From Acidobacteriota bacterium (lineage in GTDB: Bacteria > Bacillota > Syntrophomonadia > Syntrophomonadales > DTU052): DNA of 64,000 nucleotides. Position 1 is the stretch's first letter. Every line of letters begins with the position of its first letter. The notes below the pieces were generated by a model. That model was not told the DNA's origin, made no database searches, and saw only the letters and a list, made by a program, of their open reading frames with translations. The stretch lies in assembly GCA_050259595.1 (NCBI GenBank), contig JBLNAX010000013.1:11364-75363 (forward strand), written 5' to 3'. The position numbers and the translations under genes were made by a program. Of this stretch, positions 48,782-59,289 are shown piece after piece.

Positions 48782-49492
48782 ATGCGGAAATTTATTTTGC
48801 GATGGATCGTAATAGCAGCGGCGGTATTATTGATCTTACAGTACTATGGATACATATGGCATAATGAAATATTTGTACCAGGGAATTTGGTCAAAGGTCT
48901 TGATGTGTCGCATCATCAGGGAAAGATCGATTGGCCTGAACTCGAGGATCAGGAATATCATTTTGTATTTATCAAAGCAACAGAGGGAGCAGCGCTGCAG
49001 GACCATTATTTTCAATACAATTGGCGGGCTTCTAAAAAAGCAGGGTTTATCAGAGGAGCTTACCACTTCTACCGGGCCAACTGCTCAGGAGCTGAGCAGG
49101 CCCGTAATTTGATCAATACTGTGCCCCGTGATCCCCAAGGCCTGCCGCCGGTCATCGACCTGGAGGTGGATACCCGCGTGAATAGAGCAGGTTTGGTCAA
49201 GCAATTAAAGATAATGGTTAGCCGCTTGGAACGCTACTATGGAAGGCCTCCGATTTTATATGTCAACTATGCCAACTACAATGCTTTTGTTAAAGGTGAT
49301 TTTTCGGAGTGTGACATTTGGATCGCCGATCTTTACGACTATCCAAAATTGGACAACCAACGTAAGTGGACTTTCTGGCAGTATTGCAACCGGGGCCGGG
49401 TTGAGGGGATTCCGTCCTATGTTGATATTAATGTATATAATGGCGATAGAACTCAGCTTCTGAATCGGTATTGTCCTGAATCAGAAACTTAA
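48782..49492 (+). CDS. glycoside hydrolase family 25 lysozyme/muramidase
   Basis: GLDVSHHQGKIDW...FVFIKATEG is the GH25 signature. N-terminal TM. The ORF opens at 48719. Confidence 0.8.
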   Translation: MRKFILRWIVIAAAVLLILQYYGYIWHNEIFVPGNLVKGLDVSHHQGKIDWPELEDQEYHFVFIKATEGAALQDHYFQYNWRASKKAGFIRGAYHFYRANCSGAEQARNLINTVPRDPQGLPPVIDLEVDTRVNRAGLVKQLKIMVSRLERYYGRPPILYVNYANYNAFVKGDFSECDIWIADLYDYPKLDNQRKWTFWQYCNRGRVEGIPSYVDINVYNGDRTQLLNRYCPESET

Positions 49493-49641
49493 ATCGACAT
49501 CCCAAAAGGACAGACAAATTTTAGCTTTTTAGATCAGCCGTAGTAATACTGCTGATTTATTGTTTTATGTTAGTCCTCAGTTGATTATATAATAAAGGGT
49601 TAAATCTGCATTTGGAGTATATTTTATAAATAAGTCATATC

Positions 49642-50763
49642 ATGGATAGAAACTTGTTGTGTAGGGGGGATTTGGTGGAGCCCGAAAAGATCAAACAGAA
49701 AGACTATCAGTTTTTGTCTGGTGTTTTGCGTCAGGGAAGAGACCGGGAGATCGTTACCGATGAGCAGACCGAGGCCTTGCTGGCCATGTTTGAGCCTAAG
49801 AAAGCTATCGATTTTCCGGTGATCCTGCTAGGGGTCGGGGCGATTGTAGTAGGATTGGGGATCTTACTGCTCATAGCTTCAAATTGGGACCAAATACCAC
49901 GCGTTGCCCGTTTCATTATGATAGCCGGAACTTACGGCGGATTAGCTTATGTTGGGGCCCGCAAATATGAAGAAGGTAGCATAATGGGCAAGGTTTTGCT
50001 GTATCTGGCGGCATTTGTTTTTGGCAGCGGACTTGTACTGGTAGGGCAGACGTTCAATACCAACTCCGGAGATTTTTCCACACTTATTGCGATGTGGTTC
50101 ATTGGACTGTTGCCATTGTTGTATATCATGCGTGACAACATACTTTTGGCGATGGTAATGATCATTTTCAATATATATGTCTACTCCAATCAACACATAG
50201 AGAGATTCGATACGGTATTAGAATTCAGTTATCTTAGTGTTATATTTCCACTCTTTATCTTTGCGCAGAAGTATTTCAAAGAGAGCAGATTCAACTCGGT
50301 GTTAGCCACACTGACCGTTTTTTCCATATATTTTTCATATGTGATCATCATTGAACCTGACGATATCAGCCTGTCACTGTTTATTGCCTGTATGATAGCT
50401 GCTGTATTATATTTTGCAGCACTGGTATTACCTGGTCATACCAAGGCTATAGAAATTACTAACCTCATATCACTGGGCATATTGAGCTTTATCCTGTCAT
50501 TTACCATCGTTGAAGAGTCCCACTTGAGCGCACTTATCGTTACCATACCAGCCTGCATTTTCTTCCTGGCCCTGGTCAAGATCAAGGAGAGCAAATCCAG
50601 TCTGGTATTCTTTGGCTTGATGGTCATGCGCCTTTACTTTAGCACTTTGTGGGATTATATGCCTAAAGGACTGTTCTTTGTTGTTGCCGGATTAATAATA
50701 ATCGGCCTCGGATACTGGTTACTAAAGCTCCGGAAGGGAGGGACTCATGTTGAACAATTCTAA
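49642..50763 (+). CDS. DUF2157/DUF4401-like polytopic membrane protein
   Basis: About 10 TM, overlaps the downstream GDYXXLXY gene; such pairs are usually co-operonic. Confidence 0.5.
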   Translation: MDRNLLCRGDLVEPEKIKQKDYQFLSGVLRQGRDREIVTDEQTEALLAMFEPKKAIDFPVILLGVGAIVVGLGILLLIASNWDQIPRVARFIMIAGTYGGLAYVGARKYEEGSIMGKVLLYLAAFVFGSGLVLVGQTFNTNSGDFSTLIAMWFIGLLPLLYIMRDNILLAMVMIIFNIYVYSNQHIERFDTVLEFSYLSVIFPLFIFAQKYFKESRFNSVLATLTVFSIYFSYVIIIEPDDISLSLFIACMIAAVLYFAALVLPGHTKAIEITNLISLGILSFILSFTIVEESHLSALIVTIPACIFFLALVKIKESKSSLVFFGLMVMRLYFSTLWDYMPKGLFFVVAGLIIIGLGYWLLKLRKGGTHVEQF

Positions 50764-51196
50764 GAAAATGCTGACGGCAGCCCTGGTTCTGCCCTTTGTG
50801 TTAATGCTGGCGGTCACTGTTCCATATATATATTTATTGATTTATGGACAGGAGGTATCCCTGCTGATCGAAGGTTATGATCCACATGATCTGCTAAGGG
50901 GCAACTATGTTAACCTGACATACGTGACCGGTGATGGTGACAACATCAATTATATGGATCGTAAATACATTACATTTACCAACATAGGCAAGTACTATGT
51001 TGTGTCAGAATCAACGGATGAGGAAATGAATGGCGGGGTCTACTTTAAAACCGAGAAAATACCTAGAGAATTTTTTGTCATGGAGAAGGATGCCAAGAGA
51101 ATCGAGCGAGAACTGCGGACTGACCGCAAATATGTGGCAGTATTTCAATATAAAGACGGCCGCGGGTTCATCAAGGATATTCGGCCTGTAGATTAG
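50747..51196 (+). CDS. GDYXXLXY-domain protein
   Basis: LRGNYVNLTY matches G[DN]YxxLxY. N-terminal TM. 149 aa. Confidence 0.55.
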   Translation: MLNNSKKMLTAALVLPFVLMLAVTVPYIYLLIYGQEVSLLIEGYDPHDLLRGNYVNLTYVTGDGDNINYMDRKYITFTNIGKYYVVSESTDEEMNGGVYFKTEKIPREFFVMEKDAKRIERELRTDRKYVAVFQYKDGRGFIKDIRPVD

Positions 51197-51206
51197 GAGG
51201 GATTTG

Positions 51207-52061
51207 GTGGATGCGGTTCTGATCACCAACCCGGCTTCGGGAAGCTACAATAAGAAAAAAATCGAAGAAATCCTGGCTCGACTCAGGTCTGGAGGGGTAA
51301 ACGTTGAATTCTGTGAGACCCAATACCGGGGGATGGGAACTGAGATCGCCCATAATACCTGCCTTAATAGTCCGAGAACGACCATTATCGCCTGTGGAGG
51401 GGACGGGACTATCAATGAAGCCTTAAATGGACTGATTCAGGGTGCAACCATGGGCATAATCCCTATGGGCAGTGCCAATGTGTTGGCCAAAGAAGTGGGA
51501 GTGCGTACTATTGATAAGGCCGTGGAAGCTATAGTAAGAGGCGGCTCTCGTAAGATGTCGATAGGCTTACTGCAGAGAGAAGGTCAGGCTGATCAACGGT
51601 TTATGCTGATGGCCGGAATCGGGGCTGATGGACATGTTACCAAAGATGTTGATTTACAGGAGAAGAAAGCTATAGGCAATGGTGCCTATGTTCTCACTGC
51701 CCTCCGAACCTTTATAAAATGGGATCATGATCTAGTCGACCTATTAGTCGACGGACTACCCCTGCGCTGTCATACTGCGGTGGTCTGCAATGCCTCAAAA
51801 TACGGTGGAAGTTTTGTTCTGGCTCCCGGCGCCAGTATTTTTGAACCGGAGTTCAAGGTGGTTTACTCCCTTACTGGTGGCCGCTGGGCTACCCTGGGGA
51901 TATTTTTAGGAGCCGTAGCGGGTTTTAAGACCAAAAATATATTGACTGCCAGAGAAGTTGAGGTCATCGGTCGAAAGCCTGTGCAGATCGATGGGGACTT
52001 CTTCGATTTTTCGCCTATGAAAATATCTATTCTGCCGGATTTCTGTAATATTGTATGTTAA
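51207..52061 (+). CDS. diacylglycerol/lipid kinase (YegS/DagK catalytic-domain family)
   Basis: NPASGS...ACGGDGTINEALNGL motif. The GTG start follows AGGAGGGA. Confidence 0.75.
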   Translation: MDAVLITNPASGSYNKKKIEEILARLRSGGVNVEFCETQYRGMGTEIAHNTCLNSPRTTIIACGGDGTINEALNGLIQGATMGIIPMGSANVLAKEVGVRTIDKAVEAIVRGGSRKMSIGLLQREGQADQRFMLMAGIGADGHVTKDVDLQEKKAIGNGAYVLTALRTFIKWDHDLVDLLVDGLPLRCHTAVVCNASKYGGSFVLAPGASIFEPEFKVVYSLTGGRWATLGIFLGAVAGFKTKNILTAREVEVIGRKPVQIDGDFFDFSPMKISILPDFCNIVC

Positions 52062-52062
52062 G

Positions 52063-53097
52063 CTACCATTTGCATTTGTGTTCTTCGGCACTGCCTACTA
52101 CACGGTCCAGGATGATGGCCTGCCCATCGTCAGTCAAAAGTTGCCCAGAAAAATGGCCGACTACCTGGTACAGCTCGGTGCTTAAAACAATGACGCTGGT
52201 CTTGCCGATCCTGCTGTAGACTGGCTCAAAATCCAGACGCACCCGCTCCGAGGTCACACTTCTTATCTTCCAGGGTTTCATGATATTTATTAGATCATAT
52301 TCAAAGAGCACATCATCTGATATCTTGTGTAACCGACCGTCAACTACTATGGCGTTCTCTGTCATCCCGGTCCCGTCTGTCCATTTACTGCCTAGATTCA
52401 AGCCTGTAACCTGCCCGCCGGATGCAATTCCTGAGGCGGTGGCCCAGTTCCAGCCGATACGGTAAGGCCAGATCCCCCGGGCATAGTCCAAAGATGCAAA
52501 ACACATCTTGGGGTCGAGCTTATACTGTTGGGTACCCACTCGAATACACCCTTCCGCAGGTAGGCAGTTCTGCTTGGATGTGAAATGAAACAAACGATCG
52601 CTCCAGGGTATCACGGCATTCAGGGTTTCATGTCCCGGAGGTCGATGGATCATGACATTCGCTTCAATACCGGCACCCATGACATGCAAATGGGTATTGT
52701 TTTCCTGGCTAGTAAATGCGATTTGCAGGCTGCTGTTTTTGTATTCCATACTATCAAGTATGCTGTTCGGCATTTTTAAACCCCTAGAAAACGGCAGCTC
52801 AACAGTTTTTTCAATGTATAGTTTGGAGTTGAGATCAAGAAAGTACATGAAAGCCTGGCCAAAGTAATCAACATCATCGATGGCCGCTGCAAAAATGCAC
52901 TCCGGGTGGCAGATAAACCAGTAGTTCCAGCGTTTCTTGCGCGGCCAGCGGGTGGGTAGATTGCATTCCACCAGGGGTTGCCTGGCCCAACCCCGGCAGT
53001 CTCCAGCTAGTCTGCCATTGTCATCACATAGCCTGGTCGGCCTTGTCATTTCTGGTTCACGCAGTTGTTTATCAGCCATTCTGATTATACTCCTCAT
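52063..53097 (-). CDS. hypothetical protein (possibly DUF2804 family)
   Basis: 344-aa soluble ORF. The family assignment comes from memory of size and context only. Confidence 0.4.
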   Translation of the reverse strand: MRSIIRMADKQLREPEMTRPTRLCDDNGRLAGDCRGWARQPLVECNLPTRWPRKKRWNYWFICHPECIFAAAIDDVDYFGQAFMYFLDLNSKLYIEKTVELPFSRGLKMPNSILDSMEYKNSSLQIAFTSQENNTHLHVMGAGIEANVMIHRPPGHETLNAVIPWSDRLFHFTSKQNCLPAEGCIRVGTQQYKLDPKMCFASLDYARGIWPYRIGWNWATASGIASGGQVTGLNLGSKWTDGTGMTENAIVVDGRLHKISDDVLFEYDLINIMKPWKIRSVTSERVRLDFEPVYSRIGKTSVIVLSTELYQVVGHFSGQLLTDDGQAIILDRVVGSAEEHKCKW

Positions 53098-53362
53098 TCA
53101 TATTTATTTAACTGGTAATATAGCAATATTTTCTATGTGGTCGGACCGCTATCCTGCTTAGTACCAACACAAATCTTGTCATAAAGAGGCTTTATAAGTT
53201 GATCAAACCCACCTTTTTCCAGCCATTTGTGGTTTTCAGATTTAAATAAAGGATATTTCTATTTGGCATCGAAAGTATGTCGTACCAAAAAGTATTTTGT
53301 CTGTTGGGGGAATGGTCAAAATCCTTTTTGCGATTTTGGTGCAAAGGGGACAGTTGGGTCTT

Positions 53363-53917
53363 ATGATGAAGCTTATTTCGCAGTTCTATTTTTGGGTGAC
53401 GGGGTGGAAGCTTGAAGGCAAGCTGGCTCCTGATATCAAGAAATGTATCATGGTCGGAGCTCCGCATACTACTAACTTTGATTTTGGCTATTCGCGTGCA
53501 GCCTTGTACATAATGAAGCGGCGCGTTAAATTTCTGGTGAAAACCGAGCTACTGAAGCCGCCCCTAGGCTGGCTCATGAAAGCCACCGGAGCGGTTGGAG
53601 TAGACCGTGAAAAGTCCGAGAATATTGTCAATTACATGGTCGAGCTGTTAAATAAGTCAGAAGACCTGGTTATTTTACTGGCACCAGAAGGAAGCCGCAA
53701 ACTGAAAGGCAAGTGGAAGACCGGTTTTTATTATGCCGCTTTGCAGGCCAAGGTCCCTATTGTGCTGGCATCGCTGGATTATAAGAAGAGACTGGCCAAT
53801 GTAGGCCTGTCTTTCCTGCCCACTGGTGACTATTTAAAGGATATGGAGCAGGTAAAAGAGTTTTATAAAAATGTGACTCCCAAATTTCCAGAGAAGTTTG
53901 TGCTGGATATTTGTTAG
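53363..53917 (+). CDS. 1-acyl-sn-glycerol-3-phosphate acyltransferase (PlsC-like)
   Basis: HTTNFD (HX4D) at about residue 35 and APEGSR. Start chosen at the ATGATG 53363 by alignment with B. subtilis PlsC. The ORF opens at 53297. Confidence 0.7.
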   Translation: MMKLISQFYFWVTGWKLEGKLAPDIKKCIMVGAPHTTNFDFGYSRAALYIMKRRVKFLVKTELLKPPLGWLMKATGAVGVDREKSENIVNYMVELLNKSEDLVILLAPEGSRKLKGKWKTGFYYAALQAKVPIVLASLDYKKRLANVGLSFLPTGDYLKDMEQVKEFYKNVTPKFPEKFVLDIC

Positions 53918-54234
53918 CTGATTTGGTTTCGAATCGTGTTCAAAGGCCGCTTTCAGGGGCGGTCTTTTTTATTGGGTTATTTACGCTAATGCAATTTATT
54001 TGTCAATTCAACAATTCTTTGTTAAATGTTAATATCGACAGAATTTTATAGGTAATAAGGAAAAATGACATTATTCTGTTCAATGCTGGAATTTTAATAA
54101 TGCTTTCAATTTGATAGTGTATAGGAGGCAATATTACTGTTTCACCCTGGTTTAATGGCTGAACCGCTGGAGCAGGATTGTAGTAATGATCGATGTTTGT
54201 TCGGAGCAAAAGTGTTAGCTGATTCGTAGAGATT

Positions 54235-55149
54235 TTGAAGGAGACCACAATGCACGCGAAAATTGAAACTATACGCAATCCGGGTGTGCCAGGTACACTC
54301 AGCTATAACTTGTTTTATTACCACCGAACGATCAAAGGGATCTTGCGCAAACACCGTTTGATTTTTAACGGACCACGTTACGGACGCGACAGCAACTTCC
54401 GTTTCGATCAACCTACTATCAATCGCTGGTATGAGCTTTTCGATGTTCCGGAAGATGTCCAAGTACCGTTTACCTGCCACGACTTTGCCCGCACCGCCGC
54501 CCTTATGGAAATAGTCGATGATATGGGGGTAAATTTCAAACACCTTCTGCATCTAAAATGTGAGCTGTGGTTTCACCGCCCTTTAGTTTCTGAACAAAGC
54601 TATACTATTGATTATGTTTTCGAAGATGTGCGAAGGATCAGAAAAGATAAAGGTGCAGTAATTGGTTTCAGCGCTATCCGCCAGGGAGAGGATCTGTATG
54701 TAGAGGTCCGTGACCATTTTGTGGTCAAAGAAGTCCCGGAATCTGATTTGGAACGCCTGCAGCCTGATGAATCCAACCAGTTCAAAGAGTTAAAAAATCC
54801 ACCGGTCGATCACTTAAGTAACAGTTGTGCTAAAGAACTCCATATTCCGACTCAACTGAGCAAACGTTACGGTGCCACCTCGGGGGATAAGAACATAATA
54901 CATACCTCGGCCTGGGCCGCTAGATTTTTCGGATACGAACGTCCATTTATCCAAGGGCTTTGCACAGCTAATCTAATAATCAAGGAGTTGTGTCTGAAGG
55001 GAATAGATCTAAAGTATTTCTCAATCATATTCTGTCGTCCGGTCTATCTCGATTCAACAGTGCAGCTCAGTTTCACAGATACTGATTACCGATTAAGGGA
55101 TGAGGCAGGTAGTATTCTGTGTTTCGGGCAGATCAATTCAAAGGGCTGA
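54235..55149 (+). CDS. double hot-dog MaoC-like dehydratase-family protein
   Basis: GDKNIIHTSAWAARFFGYERPFIQG is a MaoC hydratase motif. 304 aa. Confidence 0.6.
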   Translation: MKETTMHAKIETIRNPGVPGTLSYNLFYYHRTIKGILRKHRLIFNGPRYGRDSNFRFDQPTINRWYELFDVPEDVQVPFTCHDFARTAALMEIVDDMGVNFKHLLHLKCELWFHRPLVSEQSYTIDYVFEDVRRIRKDKGAVIGFSAIRQGEDLYVEVRDHFVVKEVPESDLERLQPDESNQFKELKNPPVDHLSNSCAKELHIPTQLSKRYGATSGDKNIIHTSAWAARFFGYERPFIQGLCTANLIIKELCLKGIDLKYFSIIFCRPVYLDSTVQLSFTDTDYRLRDEAGSILCFGQINSKG

Positions 55150-55220
55150 TTGATATCGACCTCCGTTAAAAGCGGAGGTTTTTCTTTTTCGGATGTATTT
55201 TTATATGGGCGCCGACTAGT

Positions 55221-55766
55221 CTATTCACTGTATAAATGAGCCCCAAATTCGCCGGTATTAGAGTCGCGAAAGACCTCCATGTGCGGGGGGTAATAAGTGG
55301 TGGCTGCAAAAAGGGCAAATAGTGCCAGTCCAGCCAGTACAGCTACATAGTTGAATGAGGGTGGCAGAGGCTGGATCCTGGTCATGACCAAATAGCTGGC
55401 GATTTGCGCAATGACCACGGAGAGAAAGAAGATAAAAATATCCACGGCCAACGATTCTTTGAGAAAAACTGCCTGGTATAAATAATAGAGCGCAGCGGTG
55501 GCTATTGGGATCAAGTACAGAGCGACAGTGCGTGCTGCCACAAAATTGGGCTGATTCCTACCAACATAATAGTAGGCGACTAGAGAATAAACTAACGATG
55601 GAAATAATCCCAGCTTGAAGTGTTCCCAGACGCTTTCGTTGACCGGGGCAATTAATGAGAGAAAGAAGCTGCCCCCTGACCACTCAAATACGAAGTGCCA
55701 CAGAGAGCCCAATATGAAAATCACGAAAATGCCGGTGATCTCCCACCAGAAAAGGTTGTTTTTCAA
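55221..55766 (-). CDS. membrane protein, hypothetical
   Basis: 181 aa, about 5 TM. Confidence 0.45.
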   Translation of the reverse strand: MKNNLFWWEITGIFVIFILGSLWHFVFEWSGGSFFLSLIAPVNESVWEHFKLGLFPSLVYSLVAYYYVGRNQPNFVAARTVALYLIPIATAALYYLYQAVFLKESLAVDIFIFFLSVVIAQIASYLVMTRIQPLPPSFNYVAVLAGLALFALFAATTYYPPHMEVFRDSNTGEFGAHLYSE

Positions 55767-55987
55767 GCTATTTCCCTCCTCTTGCAGATATTTAATATTA
55801 CCAGCCTGAACCCCTTTATATGCCCAAATTTGTTTTCACAGAGTTAATTGAAGATCCTAATCTTATCTCGAAGAAAGGGATTCAAGGTTTAGTAAGGAAA
55901 TATTAGTTAAGTATTGTTGTTGGCCCGCACGGTCATCAGCGTTTGATTGATCGGTGAAGAGATTGTTAGAAAAGGAGAGGGTCTTAA

Positions 55988-57571
55988 GTGAAGAGACTGC
56001 TGTATGTACTCATTTTGACGGCAATGATCCTGGTTATCGGAGCAGTGCCAGTGCTGGCGGATGGCTTAAAGGCCGTGCCTTTGTATTATGTTTACAATTG
56101 GAGCGGAACGGGGCCAGTCTACACAACTTCCCTACAAGAGCGGGATAATTTGGTAGCTCAAGGCTGGAAGTGCAAGGACCCGGATATGTTTGTCTCACCG
56201 GTACAGGTGCCCAATACGGTGCCGTTGTACAGGCTGTATACTGCCAAATACTATGGTGACCATTTCTATACGATCGACAAGGCAGCCCGGGATGCTGCTA
56301 TAAAAAATGGCGGATATACCGACGAAGGGATCTGCTGTTATGTGGTTCCTCCTACCGGCAATGCTGCTGGTACCTTGCAGATAAACCAGTATAAAGAGAC
56401 TTACAAAGGGTTCCATCTTTATTTTGTTAACGGTTCAAACGTCAATGCTAATATTCAATATGAGTTTGCTGCATTTAGGTGCTGGCAGTCGGCTGGCGAA
56501 GTAGCCTCTATCAACATAAAGTCACCCAACGGTGGTGAATCATGGCCGGTGGGCAGTAAAAAGACGATTACCTGGTCCACCAGTGGGAGTGGAGGTTATG
56601 TCAATATTCTTTGTTCCACCAATGGTGGGACTAACTGGACCGCATTGAACGCGGTGGCAGTCGATAATAAAGGCAGTTGGCCGGTAGCGATGCCCTCCAC
56701 TGCCTCAGATCATGCCCTCATCAAATTGATCTGGATCAACAGCTTTTTAGCCCCGACAACGACATGGAGCACAGATACCAGTGATGGTGAGTTCAAGCTG
56801 ACCAAGCTTACTTTGTTTCCGGGGTTGAGCAAACAAGTAGCAATTGGGATACCCCCGGCTGCACCCACAGGTTTGTCAGCCAATGCTTTGACCAGTACGA
56901 ATGTTAAACTAGCCTGGACAGACGCCTCCAACAACGAAACTGGATTTAAGATAGAACGTAAGGGCAGTGGGATGTTTGCTCAGATTGCAGTAACAGGTGG
57001 AGGTGCCACATCTTACTCCGATACTGGTCTAACAGCTAATAATACCTATACATATCGGGTAGAAGCATACAATTCATTTGGTGAGTCAGCTTACTGTTCT
57101 GAAGTGACAGTGACCACCCCGCCAGAACTAGGTCAGCCACCGCAGCAGCCGCCTCAGAACAATCCGCCTGCTAAGACGGTAATACAATTGTACTTAGGGA
57201 AGATGTTGTATTACGTAAATGGCAATGGCCTGAATATGGATGCTGCGCCAATTGCGAAATGGGGACGGACTCTGCTGCCGATCAAATATGTAGGGGATGC
57301 CCTAGGGGCTACTGTCCAGTGGGATCCATCCGATAAGAAGGCTACGATAAGCCTAAATGGTAATACTGTAGAAGTATGGGTAGGTAAAAATGCTGCCCGT
57401 GTTAATGGGGCATACAAAATAATCGATGAGCAGAACCCCGAGGTTCTACCGGTAATAGTGCCTCCTGGGCGTACCCTGCTGCCGCTGCGATTTATAGCTG
57501 AAAACCTGGGCTGTGACGTGCAATGGGATCCTGGCCTGCAAATGGCAACGGTCACTTATCCAAAACCTTAA
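55988..57571 (+). CDS. secreted protein with fibronectin-III-like domain and two C-terminal copper-amine-oxidase-N-like (stalk) repeats
   Basis: GTG start after AGGAGAGGG, signal peptide, Fn3-like (PAAPTGLSANALTSTNVKLAWTD...YTYRVEAYN), PPQQPPQ linker and two YYVNGN.../WDP... repeats. Confidence 0.6.
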   Translation: MKRLLYVLILTAMILVIGAVPVLADGLKAVPLYYVYNWSGTGPVYTTSLQERDNLVAQGWKCKDPDMFVSPVQVPNTVPLYRLYTAKYYGDHFYTIDKAARDAAIKNGGYTDEGICCYVVPPTGNAAGTLQINQYKETYKGFHLYFVNGSNVNANIQYEFAAFRCWQSAGEVASINIKSPNGGESWPVGSKKTITWSTSGSGGYVNILCSTNGGTNWTALNAVAVDNKGSWPVAMPSTASDHALIKLIWINSFLAPTTTWSTDTSDGEFKLTKLTLFPGLSKQVAIGIPPAAPTGLSANALTSTNVKLAWTDASNNETGFKIERKGSGMFAQIAVTGGGATSYSDTGLTANNTYTYRVEAYNSFGESAYCSEVTVTTPPELGQPPQQPPQNNPPAKTVIQLYLGKMLYYVNGNGLNMDAAPIAKWGRTLLPIKYVGDALGATVQWDPSDKKATISLNGNTVEVWVGKNAARVNGAYKIIDEQNPEVLPVIVPPGRTLLPLRFIAENLGCDVQWDPGLQMATVTYPKP

Positions 57572-57753
57572 AAGAACGATTGAACACTGAGAGGGGATGT
57601 CGCACGGACATCCTCTTTTTTTATTAATTTTTTCTAAAAATATGGGACTGGCTTTTGGAAAAGATATTTTGGGTAATAATAATAGAGAATATTTAATTCA
57701 TATGCGGATTGATTGTTCAATAGCAGCAGAATTAAGCTAGGAGGAGTGTTGTT

Positions 57754-58068
57754 GTGCAAAATTTAATGGGTGATTTTGACTCTGGCAGTAGGATGTTTGA
57801 GAACACCGGTCGCAAGATGTGGGAATCTTACTTGAATGGCGTGGAAAAGAGCCTGGAGTTGACCAGATCTATGAGCGATGTGTTTATCACTTCCATCGAT
57901 CGGGCTAAAGAAACTCAGAAGCAGATGACAGACATGAGCAGTGAAGCCGTAAAAAACTTTGCCAAGTATCAAATGAACCTTCAGGGGTCATATAATGATC
58001 TTCTGAAACAAGGCATGCGCATGTTTGGCAGCCAAAATGAAGACCAACATGATCATCACGAACACTAG
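57754..58068 (+). CDS. small hypothetical protein, paralog A (possibly phasin-like)
   Basis: GTG start after AGGAGGAGTGTTGTT. MQNLMGDFDSGSRMFENTGRKMWESYLNGVEKSLE... is a paralog of 59290-59583. Confidence 0.6.
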   Translation: MQNLMGDFDSGSRMFENTGRKMWESYLNGVEKSLELTRSMSDVFITSIDRAKETQKQMTDMSSEAVKNFAKYQMNLQGSYNDLLKQGMRMFGSQNEDQHDHHEH

Positions 58069-58096
58069 AAACCAAAGATAACCAGTCAAATATCGA

Positions 58097-58137
58097 GTAG
58101 AAGCAGTTCGAAGTTCTTTCAACTGCTTCTTTTATTT
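58097..58137 (+). terminator. Rho-independent terminator
   Basis: GAAGCAGTTCGAAGTTCTTTCAACTGCTTC followed by TTTTATTTC. Confidence 0.75.
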
Positions 58138-58219
58138 CTTGGATCTAGTTATTTAAAAGGATATAGTTATGAAAAGTCGTATTTAGATTATAAAGAGAGC
58201 CAGTGAAAGGAGATGCCTG

Positions 58220-58882
58220 TTGAAAAAGGCGCTTGTCGCAATTAGTATAACTTTAGTAATAATTGTGGGGCTGATGGGGTACTGGGGCTTCATCCCTTGG
58301 TTTTCTAAGGCTTTAGGGACAGACAAACCGGTTGACTTAGAAGTTCGCCCAGTGACTAGTGATCTGGCCCAGGCAGTAGATAAGATGAATTTCCTATCGG
58401 TCCAGTCAGGGAATAGAAAGCTGGGAATGGTCGATCTCACAGGAAATGAAGTGACCTGTTTGGTTAATAGCGGGTATTGGAGTACATTGCCGGTCAAGGA
58501 GGTCCAGGTCAGGTTCAACCAGGATGGCACTGCCGAGGCTTCAGGTATGATCCAGGCTGACCAGGTCAGCTCTTTTGCGGCCAGCCAGGGTTTGCCGCCC
58601 GAAGCTTTGAGCCAGGCCATGCAAAAGTTCAATATGGATCGGGACATGCCGTTTTACACCAAAAGCAGACTATCTGTCATCGATAATCAAGTCGGATTGT
58701 ATGTTGACAGTCTAGAAATAGGGCGCTTCCCCCTAAAGGGATTGATAGATCAGTATCAAATGGAAATAAACACTATGGGAACGTACACTCTAGGTCAGCG
58801 CGGCTATCAAATCAAGTCCCTAAGCATAGAGGGCGGAAAGCTGGTACTGAATGCTGCACTGCCCGTAGGCAGTGAACCCTGA
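58220..58882 (+). CDS. membrane-anchored hypothetical protein
   Basis: N-terminal TM, 220 aa. Confidence 0.5.
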   Translation: MKKALVAISITLVIIVGLMGYWGFIPWFSKALGTDKPVDLEVRPVTSDLAQAVDKMNFLSVQSGNRKLGMVDLTGNEVTCLVNSGYWSTLPVKEVQVRFNQDGTAEASGMIQADQVSSFAASQGLPPEALSQAMQKFNMDRDMPFYTKSRLSVIDNQVGLYVDSLEIGRFPLKGLIDQYQMEINTMGTYTLGQRGYQIKSLSIEGGKLVLNAALPVGSEP

Positions 58883-59289
58883 TTTAACTTGCATGATAGA
58901 GATTTCGTTTAGTTTGGTGCGGGTATATCGGTTTGATTTTTTTCTATCAGATTAAATCGGAATTATATGAACCAAAGCGAGCTTAGAAAGCTCGTTTTCG
59001 TGATCTTCAGCCTCTATTGTGAAGATTCTATGTAATTTATGTTAACAAACCGTTAAATTGTGTTAAGAAATTATTTATCGGAAGTTAAGTGGCTAAAAAG
59101 GGTGTTTTTCGGGACAATCTCGAATTGTAGGCGTTTAAGAAACGGGACATATAGGTCCCTGTTAACATTGGGTTAATTTTTCCATAAAGTTATGGACTTA
59201 TATTTATTCAGGCCTTACAATGAGACTTGTGCGATGGATGACGTCGCCAGCGCCACTAAAAATTTTATAGAACTTAGAGGAGTGTTATT

